Origin: an uncultured Gammaproteobacteria bacterium
GTDB lineage: Bacteria > Pseudomonadota > Gammaproteobacteria > Tethybacterales > Tethybacteraceae
Reading direction: 5' to 3'
Assembly (NCBI GenBank): GCA_964509765.1
Contig: CAZDYI010000073.1
Span: 82 to 64,081, forward strand
Length of the DNA: 64,000 nt
In this document: positions 25,395 to 33,530 of the stretch, one piece after another
Layout: each line of letters starts with the position of its first letter
Position numbering within the stretch: position 1 is the stretch's first letter
Notes under the pieces: model-generated
What the model saw: only the letters and a program-made list of their open reading frames with translations
What the model was told of the DNA's origin: nothing
Databases searched by the model: none
Position numbers and translations under genes: made by a program

Positions 25395-25591
25395 GTTATG
25401 CGCTGGTATTACTGCAGTCATTGTGCTTCATGATGTGAAAATTGAGCAGGCAAACCGAAATAGTTCATGCTCTGACATTGCATCGACGTCGCCAAGGTCA
25501 GAAAGCACATGGTCGAGTCATTGAAATTGATATTGGGATACAATTCACTCAGGCAAAAGGCAGAATTACCTGACGCCTGAGATTTGTGAAC

Positions 25592-26751
25592 ATGTTATTC
25601 CCCCCCCCCTTCTGAAAATTCAGAAGAGGAGTCAGGGTTTAGCTCCTCGGAGCTGCGCTTCAAATTAAATGGCAACGCCATCGACTATTTCCACATCTTT
25701 GTGGTGAACGTCCTCCTAACCGTAGTCACGTTTGGGGTGTACTCGGGTTTGGGCGAAGGTTCGCAACCGGCGCTACTTTTTCGGCAACACAGTTCTTGAA
25801 GGCCAAACATTCGAGTTTGACGCCCGTCCTGTTGCGATTCTGATCTCCCGGCTGATCATTGTCGCGTTGCTGTTCTTCGCTTATCTCAGCGATGAGTTTC
25901 TCGGATTGATCTGGAACGAATTTGGATTGATTTCCACGCTCCTCCTCCTGCTTTTTCCCTTCGCCGTAGTCCGTGGGCGAGCGTTCAACGCACGCCACAC
26001 CCTGCTCGGCACGGTGCGATTTAGTTACATTTCGATCTACGGACCATCGATCTTTCTGTTCTGTGCTTACTTCTTGCCGCCATTGGCGTTGGCAGTAGTA
26101 TTGCCTGCTTCCACAAGCGGCGGTGAGATGCAAAGACTTGTGGATAGCATCGGCGCAATGATGGTACTGATTTAGCTGTCGGCATTTCCGACGTACCACT
26201 ATTTCAGGCACCGCATCTTGGTCAGCCAGCTCAAGTATGGGCGGTTAGGCTTTGAATTCATGTGCAGGACGAGAACCTACTACTATCATGCACTCATTGC
26301 ATTCCTGTTTAGCCTAATCTTCTTTCCGATCATGTCCTTCGGTGTGTTAGTCGAAACCGAGTCGGGCGTCCCTACAGACGAGGTCGGTTTGATCGGTATA
26401 GTCAGTATGTCGAGCTATTTTCTGATCCTTATCGGCGTCTATCGTGCAAGGATCATACGACAGTTCTACTCCTCCATCAGGCTCAGTGACGGCATCGCGG
26501 TCAAGTGTTCTATCTCCGCTAGTCGATACTTCTTCGCCTACGCTACGGTCAACTTCTTCGCCATAATTCTCTCGCTCGGGTTGCTGATTCCTTGGGTCCG
26601 GGTGCGGACCTGGAGATACATCTCGGAAAACTTGGTGATACTACAGCCCATGCCTGGCTCTGTCCTGGGCGGTCCGGAAGAAAAGGTCACGCCTCTCGGA
26701 GAGGAATTCGTGGATCTCAACAGTCTCGATTTTGACGTCGGGATAATCTGA
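25592..26751 (+). pseudogene. DUF898/YjgN-family membrane protein, degraded copy (C10 tract after ATG, +1 frameshift, in-frame TAG)
   Basis: Homology to the two intact paralogues runs through three pieces. First, frame 0 from about 25599 (..ELRFKLNGNAIDYFHIFVVNVLLTVVTFGVYS). Second, frame +1 from about 25745 (WAKVRNRRYFFGN...), with an extra base in the GGGTTTGGG run. Third, a TAG at 26173-26175 where the paralogues have Leu, after which the 177-aa track ORF continues. Confidence 0.75.
25600..25609 (+). repeat. Homopolymer tract C10 three codons after a candidate ATG
   Basis: Counted directly. ATG TTA TTC C9 TTC TGA terminates as it stands. 9 or 12 C would put the ATG at 25592 in frame with the DUF898 homology. 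Confidence 0.95.
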
Positions 26752-26811
26752 TTCCATGCGTATCAGTTGCAATCCAAGTCATCCTAGTGTCATCGGCAGT
26801 CTTTGTGTCAC

Positions 26812-27201
26812 CTAGTAGTAGATTGTCCGAGTACCGCCCTCCAACGTGATTCTTATTCGCCTTTTTGGCGGAGCACATACGACGATGAAGGCTTCCGCTT
26901 CCAAACAGCTGGATTCCTCCTTGATCAGTTTTTGCATCACGTGTTTCCTCAGACTTGGAACCACTCCGTCCTCGAACCTGATAACGCATGGGTGAGGTAG
27001 GTTGTCTCTGAAGACCAGAGTCACGAAGTCCTTGTCCATGGTGATGAGCACACGGTTCAGTCTAGCCGCCAGCGCGAGGATCTGTGCGTCCTCAGCCTTC
27101 TCAGAGAGAGCATCTTTGGAGAGCAACACGTCATGTCCCTGTTCCGCCAAGGCACGCACGACGACGCCCGACATCGCGCAGACGTCGATGAGGAACTTCA
27201 A
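26812..27201 (-). CDS. DUF5615-family PIN-like putative toxin
   Basis: MKFLIDVC...GHDVLL...ILALAARLNRVLITMDKDFVTLVF...LPHPCVIRF matches the DUF5615 pattern. 4-nt overlap with the upstream DUF433 gene. Confidence 0.7.
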   Translation of the reverse strand: MKFLIDVCAMSGVVVRALAEQGHDVLLSKDALSEKAEDAQILALAARLNRVLITMDKDFVTLVFRDNLPHPCVIRFEDGVVPSLRKHVMQKLIKEESSCLEAEAFIVVCAPPKRRIRITLEGGTRTIYY

Positions 27202-27497
27202 CCAGACTCTCGGGTGCTGGCAGCGCTCCGAATCTCCTGTGTCGCCATTTGTTGCTTTGCGAACAACAGGCAGGCTTGGATGTCTTCCCTCTCAAGGATA
27301 TCATTATCCTCAAGCAGTTCATCCACGCTCATTCCCGCGGACAACTGACCCAAGACATGCTCCACGGCAAAGCGCATGCCGCGGATGATCGGCTTCCCCC
27401 CGAAGATCCCGGGGTTTCTTGTGATCCGCTGCAGCAGTTCTTGTTCTTGCTTCGTGCTTAGTTCAGTGGGCTTTGTGTCGGTTGCGACCGTGCTCAT
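27198..27497 (-). CDS. DUF433-family putative antitoxin
   Basis: ITRNPGIFGGKPIIRGMRFAVEHVLGQLSAGMSVDELLEDNDILEREDIQACLLFA is the canonical DUF433 core. Confidence 0.8.
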   Translation of the reverse strand: MSTVATDTKPTELSTKQEQELLQRITRNPGIFGGKPIIRGMRFAVEHVLGQLSAGMSVDELLEDNDILEREDIQACLLFAKQQMATQEIRSAASTRESG

Positions 27498-27521
27498 TGG
27501 CTATCCCTGGCGTTCAATGTC

Positions 27522-27530
27522 ATTATACCA
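27522..27530 (-). promoter_or_regulatory. Putative extended -10 promoter TGGTATAAT for the DUF433/DUF5615 operon
   Basis: Minus strand reads TGGTATAAT (TGnTATAAT consensus), 24 nt upstream of the ATG at 27497. Confidence 0.45.
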
Positions 27531-27637
27531 ATTCAGATGACTATTGCATTTGTTCTGAGCATCCTGTTATCGTAGTGAATTCAGCGGTGGCCGAGGTCGG
27601 CTCCATCCAGCTAAACAAATTATCACGGGGGAATCGG

Positions 27638-27904
27638 TCATTTGAGATGGGGGCTGGCAGAAACGTACTCCTGCACGTTGTCGTAGGCTACGCTTCCGTA
27701 GGCATACACGAGGCATGCGCGGATGTCCTCGGACTCCATGGCAGGGTTGTCGGCGAGGATGTCCTCTGCCGTTCTGCCTGCAACAAGCATGTCCAGGACG
27801 TTTTCGACCAATACCGCCGTGTCACGGACGGCTGGCTTGTCCGAATGCTTGCCTAGATTGACAGTTATGCGTTCAAGCAGCTCGCGGTGGTCGTCGAGGT
27901 CCAT
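27638..27904 (-). CDS. DUF433-family protein (orphan, no cognate toxin gene)
   Basis: From MDLDDHRELLERITVNLGKHSDKPAVRDTAVLVENVLDMLVAGRTAEDILADNPAMESEDIRACLVYA. The upstream 56 codons of the track ORF look non-coding. Confidence 0.65.
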   Translation of the reverse strand: MDLDDHRELLERITVNLGKHSDKPAVRDTAVLVENVLDMLVAGRTAEDILADNPAMESEDIRACLVYAYGSVAYDNVQEYVSASPHLK

Positions 27905-28081
27905 TCTCTGCTTCCGGCCCAATGTTGTTGTCAGTCGAATTGTAAGGGAACCGCCGCAAACGATTCCTTGCCCATTCCGGCAGGGACAGCAGAATGTTGC
28001 ACCTCGTTTCCGAATCAGTGTTCGAGACATGAGCCGCTCAGTTGTCCTCCATGCCGAGCGTTCCTGCGGCAATCCGTTGGC

Positions 28082-28087
28082 TAGAAT
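28082..28087 (+). promoter_or_regulatory. Putative -10 box within TTGGCTAGAATTCAACCG upstream of DUF898 copy 2
   Basis: The motif is shared with 29351-29366 (upstream of copy 3) and 7091-7100 (minus strand, ctaG). Confidence 0.35.
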
Positions 28088-28128
28088 TCAACCGTCGGGT
28101 CGGCATGGCAACCGTCAGACACCTCAAG

Positions 28129-29331
28129 ATGGATTCTTCCGACTCCCTGCCGACATCGCCGGCCGCGGCAGCGGAGGCGGGAGAGGGCGCCAGGGAGATG
28201 CGCTTCAGGTTCGACGGAACCACCCTCGACTACTACGGCGTCTTCCTGGTGAACGTCCTGCTGACGGTCGTCACGCTCGGGATCTACTCTGCGTGGGCGA
28301 AGGTCCGCAACAGGCGCTTCTTCTACGGCAACACCCTGCTCGACGGCCACGCCTTCGAGTTCGACGCCCGCCCGGCGTCCATCCTGATCTCCCGGCTGAT
28401 CATCGTCGCCGTGCTGGTCGCGGCATCGTTCAGCGACGAGATACTCGGCTGGGTCTGGGGCGGGGTCGGGCTGTTCTCGTCGCTGATCCTCCTGCTGTTT
28501 CCCTTCGCCGTCGTGCGCGGCCGAGCGTTCAACGCCCGCCACACCCTGCACCGCACGGTGCGGTTCCGCTACCTGTCTGTCTACTGGCCGTCGTACCTGC
28601 TGTTCTTCGCCTACTTCCTGCCGGCGCTCGCCCTGTTCGCCGCGATGTCCGTCACGAGCGACGGCGGCATTCGGGAGCCTGCTGACTGGGTCGTCCTCGT
28701 GGCGACGTTCGTCTGGCTCTACCTGCTCGCGGCCTTTCCTGCGTACCACCTCTGGCGACACCGCATCATGGTCAACCAGCTCAAGTTCGGCAAGCTCGGA
28801 TGCGAGTACACGGCGAGGATGAAGACCTACTACTACCACGCGCTGATCGCGTTCCTGCTCAACCTTATTGCCGTGGTCGTGATCGGAGCCGCCGCCTTCG
28901 CGGCTGTGTCAGGCATCACGAGCAGCGTCGACCCGGCGGACCCCGATTCGTTCGGACTGGTCTTCATCATCATTTTCTTCTCGATCGTTTTCATGATCTT
29001 CGCCGGCTACGGCATCTACCGCTCGCGGATCATCCCGGTCTTCTACTCCTCGGTCAGGCTCAGCGACGGAAGCGCGCTCAAGTGCACCGTCACCGCGAGG
29101 CGCTACTTCTTCGCCTACGCGACGGTCAACTTCCTTGCCATCGTCCTCTCCTTCGGGCTGCTGTTGCCGTGGGTCCGCGTGCGGACCTGGCGCTACATCT
29201 CGGAGAACCTGAGGGTCGTCCTGTCGCCCGAGACCGGAGCCGTCCTCGCCGGGCCGGAAGAGGGGATCACTCCGCTCGCCGAGGAGCTTGCCGACGTCTC
29301 CGGATTCGACTTCGACTTCGGGATGATCTGA
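28129..29331 (+). CDS. DUF898/YjgN-family polytopic membrane protein (copy 2)
   Basis: LTVVTLGIYSAWAKVRNRRFFYGN, LLFPFAVVRGRAFNARHTL, RHRIMVNQLKFGKL and PWVRVRTWRYI blocks, with multiple TM segments. The start is uncertain (ATG 28129, 28105 or 28042). Confidence 0.85.
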   Translation: MDSSDSLPTSPAAAAEAGEGAREMRFRFDGTTLDYYGVFLVNVLLTVVTLGIYSAWAKVRNRRFFYGNTLLDGHAFEFDARPASILISRLIIVAVLVAASFSDEILGWVWGGVGLFSSLILLLFPFAVVRGRAFNARHTLHRTVRFRYLSVYWPSYLLFFAYFLPALALFAAMSVTSDGGIREPADWVVLVATFVWLYLLAAFPAYHLWRHRIMVNQLKFGKLGCEYTARMKTYYYHALIAFLLNLIAVVVIGAAAFAAVSGITSSVDPADPDSFGLVFIIIFFSIVFMIFAGYGIYRSRIIPVFYSSVRLSDGSALKCTVTARRYFFAYATVNFLAIVLSFGLLLPWVRVRTWRYISENLRVVLSPETGAVLAGPEEGITPLAEELADVSGFDFDFGMI

Positions 29332-29354
29332 GCCCGCGGGCGGCCCGGCGTGGC

Positions 29355-29360
29355 TAGAAT
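29355..29360 (+). promoter_or_regulatory. Putative -10 box within TGGCTAGAATTTCAATCGG upstream of DUF898 copy 3
   Basis: It sits in the 74-nt spacer between copies 2 and 3 and is conserved with the copy-2 upstream element. Confidence 0.35.
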
Positions 29361-29405
29361 TTCAATCGGCGGCCGCGGCGCGCGGCACGCAGCAGACACC
29401 GCGAC

Positions 29406-30602
29406 ATGAGAATCGAGCGCCCCGAGCCGCAGGCGAGGCCCGCCACATACTACGAGTCCATGCACGGGCTGTCGAGCCTGCGCTTCAGCTTCGTCGGGAC
29501 GACCTGGGGCTACTACGGGGTTTACATCACGAACGTCATCCTGACGGTCATCACGCTCGGGATCTACTCGGCCTGGGCGAAGATCCGCAACAAGCGCTTC
29601 TTCTACGGCAACAGCCTGCTCAAGGGACACGCCTTCGAGTTCGACGCAAACCCCGTCGCGATCCTGCTCTCGCGGATCATCATCGTCGCGGTCCTGGCCG
29701 CCGCCGCGTTCAGCGACGAGTTCCTCAACCTCGTCTGGCTCGGCTTCGGCCTGCTGTCGTCCATGCTGTTCCTCCTCTTCCCGTTCGCCATCGTCCGCGG
29801 CCGCGCCTTCAACGCCCGCCACACCCTCCACCGCTCGGTCCGCTTCAGCTACGACAGGGTTTACTGGCCGTCGTACCTGGTGTTCTTCGCCTACTACCTG
29901 CCGGCCTTCGGCCTGTTCCTCGCGCTCGCGGCCATACAGCAGGGACTCCAGGACGGGGAGTTGGCGCTCTCGCCGGGTCTTTACGCCGCCGCGGGCGCGA
30001 CCGCGGCGTACCTGCTGGCCGCGTTTCCCGCCTACCACTGCTTCCGGCACAGGATCATGGTCAACCAGCTTCGCTTCGGCAAGCTCGCCTGCTCGTACGG
30101 CGCAAGCGTCGGCGCATACTACCGGCACGCCGGCATGTCGGTCCTGCTGGGGATCGTGCTGGTGTTCGCCGCTTTCGTGGTCGCGTTCCTGTTCCAGCTG
30201 TTTGCCGGCGGGGCGATCGAGGAGGGCAAGCTCACCGCTTTCGTGGTCGCCGCGGTGATCGTCGCCCCGCTCCTGGTAATCGGCATCTACCGCTCGCGGG
30301 TTCTGCCGATGTTCTACTCCTCGGTCAGCTTCAGCGACGGCAGCTCGCTGCAGAGCTCGGCCACGGCCGCGGGCTACTTCTTCGGCTACGCGCTGGTCAA
30401 CGCCGTTGCGATCGTGGTGTCGGCCGGGCTCCTCCTGCCGTGGGTGCGGGTGCGCACCTGGCGCTACGTGGCAGACACCCTGACGCTGAGCCTCTCTCGC
30501 GAGACCGGCGTGGTCCTCGCAGGCACCTCCAGGAACGTCAGCCCGCTCGCCGAGGAGCTCGCCGACGTCTCCGACTTCGACATCGACTTCGGCGTGATCT
30601 GA
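29406..30602 (+). CDS. DUF898/YjgN-family polytopic membrane protein (copy 3)
   Basis: 398 aa with the same conserved blocks as copy 2 (LTVITLGIYSAWAKIRNKRFFYGN, LLFPFAIVRGRAFNARHTL, PWVRVRTWRYV) and the same acidic C-terminal tail. Confidence 0.85.
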   Translation: MRIERPEPQARPATYYESMHGLSSLRFSFVGTTWGYYGVYITNVILTVITLGIYSAWAKIRNKRFFYGNSLLKGHAFEFDANPVAILLSRIIIVAVLAAAAFSDEFLNLVWLGFGLLSSMLFLLFPFAIVRGRAFNARHTLHRSVRFSYDRVYWPSYLVFFAYYLPAFGLFLALAAIQQGLQDGELALSPGLYAAAGATAAYLLAAFPAYHCFRHRIMVNQLRFGKLACSYGASVGAYYRHAGMSVLLGIVLVFAAFVVAFLFQLFAGGAIEEGKLTAFVVAAVIVAPLLVIGIYRSRVLPMFYSSVSFSDGSSLQSSATAAGYFFGYALVNAVAIVVSAGLLLPWVRVRTWRYVADTLTLSLSRETGVVLAGTSRNVSPLAEELADVSDFDIDFGVI

Positions 30603-30632
30603 GCCGCAGCCCTTGGTAACATAACAGGCGAG

Positions 30633-31691
30633 ATGGCAGGGCAGATTCAGGCCGCGGGCCCGCTCGACGGCATCTGGCACGCCGGCAACTCCACCGACGC
30701 CGACGAGGTCCGGGTCGAGCGCGACGGCAGCGAGGTCGTCGTCAGCTTCGCGGACGGGCGCGCCGAGCGCCGCGACCTCTCCTCGGCGACCTACTCGTCG
30801 CGGATGAAGGGCGTGCCGCTGAGCGTGTCGTTCGCCGACGGCGCGGTGCTGGTCGTCCCCGGCGGCGACGATGCGCTGCGGCTCTCGCGCGGGATGTCCG
30901 ACTGGCTCGCCTTGCTCGAGAGCCGCCTGCTCATCGCCCTGCCGGTGCTGCTCGCCGCGGCCGCCGCGGTGATCGTCTTCCTCATCGAGGTTGTGGTCCC
31001 GTCGGTCGCGCGCAACGTCACCCCGCTGCTATCGGTCGAGCAGGTCAACGCAGTCGGCGCCCGGGTCTTCGGCGCGATCCAGAACTTCTGGGACATCGAG
31101 CTCAACAGCCAGGAGGAGGAGCACCTCGAGGCGACAGAGAACCTGCGCCGGATCGGCCACGAGATAGCGGAGGTCGCAGGCGGCGGCTACAACTACGAGT
31201 TCTACATCGAGTCGAGCGGCAAGATCGGCATGAACGCCTTCGCGATCCCCGACGGCAGCATCATCATGACCTTCGAGCTCTACGAGCACCTCGACGAGGA
31301 CGAGGTCGCCGCGGTGCTCGCCCACGAGGTCGCGCACGTGGCGGAGCGCCACGGGATGGAGGGGCTCGTGCGCGGGTCGGCGTGGTTCGTCATCTCGGCT
31401 CTGCTGTTCGGCGGCGGCGACTCGTTCCTTACCTACCTGCCGGGCCTGGCCGAGTTCGCCTACTCGCGGGAGGCCGAGGCCGAGGCCGACTGCGTCGCCA
31501 CCGACCTGCTCGCCGCGGTCGGTCGGCCGCCGCTTTCGATGGCGTCGGCGCTGCGCGCGCTCGGCGGGGCCTACGGCCTCGACGACGAGGACGAGTCGAG
31601 CGGGATCTGGGACCTGCTGCGGTCGCACCCGGAGATCGGCGACCGCGTGGTGATGGCGAGCCAGTGCGCGGGCCAGGAGGGCGACATCTGA
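30633..31691 (+). CDS. M48-family zinc metallopeptidase with N-terminal soluble domain and TM segment
   Basis: HEVAHVAERH zinc motif with a downstream E (EAEAEAD), and the TM stretch LLIALPVLLAAAAAVIVFLIEVVV. Starts 30 nt after DUF898 copy 3. Confidence 0.85.
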   Translation: MAGQIQAAGPLDGIWHAGNSTDADEVRVERDGSEVVVSFADGRAERRDLSSATYSSRMKGVPLSVSFADGAVLVVPGGDDALRLSRGMSDWLALLESRLLIALPVLLAAAAAVIVFLIEVVVPSVARNVTPLLSVEQVNAVGARVFGAIQNFWDIELNSQEEEHLEATENLRRIGHEIAEVAGGGYNYEFYIESSGKIGMNAFAIPDGSIIMTFELYEHLDEDEVAAVLAHEVAHVAERHGMEGLVRGSAWFVISALLFGGGDSFLTYLPGLAEFAYSREAEAEADCVATDLLAAVGRPPLSMASALRALGGAYGLDDEDESSGIWDLLRSHPEIGDRVVMASQCAGQEGDI

Positions 31692-31721
31692 CGCCGGCGC
31701 TGAAATAAAATCCCCGCCCCC

Positions 31722-32054
31722 ATGCCGATGTATGAGTACCAGTGCGCCGCCTGCGGCCACGGCGACACGCTGCTCGAGAAGGTCGGCAGCTCGTCGACCA
31801 AGAAGTGCCCGGAGTGCGGCAAGCTCCGCGCCTTCAAGCGCCAGCTCTCGGCGCCGTCGTTCCACCTCAAGGGCACCGGCTGGTACGCAACCGACTTCCG
31901 CGACAGCGGCAAGAAGAAGTCGGATCGCGACTCCAAGCCCGACGACGCCAAGGCCGAGCCTGCGAAGGACGGCGACAAGAAGGCCGACAAGGCCGAGGCC
32001 AAGCCCAAGGCCGAAAAGAAGGCAGAGAAGAGCAAGGCCGCGGCCGAGGCCTGA
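31722..32054 (+). CDS. FmdB-family zinc-ribbon protein with Lys/Ala/Glu-rich tail
   Basis: MPMYEYQCAACGH...KKCPECG...SAPSFHLKGTGWYATDF is the CxxC..CxxC FmdB signature. Confidence 0.8.
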   Translation: MPMYEYQCAACGHGDTLLEKVGSSSTKKCPECGKLRAFKRQLSAPSFHLKGTGWYATDFRDSGKKKSDRDSKPDDAKAEPAKDGDKKADKAEAKPKAEKKAEKSKAAAEA

Positions 32055-32058
32055 CTCG

Positions 32059-32844
32059 GTCCTCCGGGCGCTTATCGCGTCCGCCGCGCTCCTTGCGTCA
32101 TTCGCCGCGGCGCCCGCCGCGGAGACCCTGCGGGTGGCGGTGGCGAGCACGGTGGACAACTCCGGGCTGGCGGCGCGCCTTGCCGAGGGATACTCGAGGG
32201 CCTGCGGCTGCGAGGTGCGAATGATCGCCGCCGGCTCGACCCGGGCTCTTGCAATCCTCGCCGCGGGCGACGCTCCCGTCGCCATCACGCACGCGCCGGA
32301 GATCGAGATGCGATTCGTGGAGGGCGCGCCCGGCCGCAGCCGCGCCGAGTTCATGGCGAACGAGTTTGTCCTCGCCGGCCCCGCTGACGACCCGGCGCAG
32401 GCAAGGGGCAAGGGCCTCGCGGGAGCATTCGCCGCGATCGCCGCGGCCGGCGCGCCGTTTGTGTCCAGGGGCGACGGCTCGGGGACGAACCTCGCGGAGG
32501 AAAGGCTGTGGCGCGAGGCTGTCGGAGCGGTTCCGCTCGGGGAGAAGTGGTACAGGAGGGCAGGCGTGCAGATGGCCGCGGCGCTCCAGGTCGCCGACCA
32601 GACCGGCGCGTACACCCTCAGCGACTCGGGAACGCTCGCAACGTTGTCCGAAAGCGGCGTGCTCGGCTTCGAGCTGATCGCCCGCGACGCCCCTCCGCTT
32701 CGCAACGTCTACAGCGTGGTCGTCTCGGACTCTGCGGGCGAGGTCGGCAGGGGCTTCGCGCGCTGGCTTCGGTCCGACGAGGCGGCCGTGCTGATCGGGG
32801 CGGCGGAGGCGAGCGGCAAGCCTATGTTCAGGGCCCTGAGGTGA
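32059..32844 (+). CDS. Periplasmic substrate-binding protein, tungstate/TupA-like; start codon unresolved
   Basis: Signal-peptide-like LRALIASAALLASFAAAPAAE, then LRVAVASTVDNSGL (compare the TupA TTSTxDSGL block). There is no ATG, GTG or TTG in frame between 31732 and 32134, so the 5' end is approximate. Confidence 0.6.
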   Translation, partial: VLRALIASAALLASFAAAPAAETLRVAVASTVDNSGLAARLAEGYSRACGCEVRMIAAGSTRALAILAAGDAPVAITHAPEIEMRFVEGAPGRSRAEFMANEFVLAGPADDPAQARGKGLAGAFAAIAAAGAPFVSRGDGSGTNLAEERLWREAVGAVPLGEKWYRRAGVQMAAALQVADQTGAYTLSDSGTLATLSESGVLGFELIARDAPPLRNVYSVVVSDSAGEVGRGFARWLRSDEAAVLIGAAEASGKPMFRALR

Positions 32845-33530
32845 GCGTAGCAGAGGCGACGCTCGAGGCGCTGCGCCTGCTTGTCACCTTCGACGCCGGG
32901 CTGTGGTCGGTCGTCGGGACATCGCTTTCGATCGCGCTCGCGGCCCTCGCTGCGGCGGTCCCGGTTGCGGTCGGGCTTGCCTACCTGCTCGCCTCGACGA
33001 GGTTCCGCGGCCGCGGCGCGGTCGTCGCGCTGCTGCACGCTCTGCTTGCGACGCCCACGGTCGTCGTCGGCCTCGTCCTGTTCCTCCTGCTTTCGAGCGC
33101 GGGCCCGCTCGGCGCGCTCGGGCTGTTGTTCACCCCGTCCGCGGTCGCACTCGGCCAGTTCGTCATCGCCCTGCCGATCCTCGCCGCGTTCAGCCTCAGC
33201 GCGATCGAGCCGAACCTCGCGGTCGTCCGCGAGACGGCGCTGACTCTCGGGGCAGGGACGTTCGGAGCGTTCCGGACCGTCCTCGCCGAGGCACGCCGCG
33301 GCCTCGCGGCCGCGGCCCTCGCCGGGTTCGGCAGGATAGTCTCCGAGGTCGGCTGCGCGCTGATGGTCGGCGGAAACATCGCAGGCAGCACCAGGACGAT
33401 CCCGACCGCGATCGCGCTCGACACCGGCCGCGGCCTGTTCGCCGAGGGCATCGCGCTCGGCGCTGTGCTGCTCGCGCTCGCGGCCGCGGCAAGCCTGCTT
33501 CTTGCGGCCCTGCAGGGAAGGCGGCGGTGA
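32841..33530 (+). CDS. ABC transporter permease (TupB-like)
   Basis: Its GTG overlaps the upstream stop (GTGA). 229 aa with about 5 TM segments, including the EAA-like loop ETALTLGAGTFGAFRTV. Confidence 0.8.
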   Translation: MSVAEATLEALRLLVTFDAGLWSVVGTSLSIALAALAAAVPVAVGLAYLLASTRFRGRGAVVALLHALLATPTVVVGLVLFLLLSSAGPLGALGLLFTPSAVALGQFVIALPILAAFSLSAIEPNLAVVRETALTLGAGTFGAFRTVLAEARRGLAAAALAGFGRIVSEVGCALMVGGNIAGSTRTIPTAIALDTGRGLFAEGIALGAVLLALAAAASLLLAALQGRRR

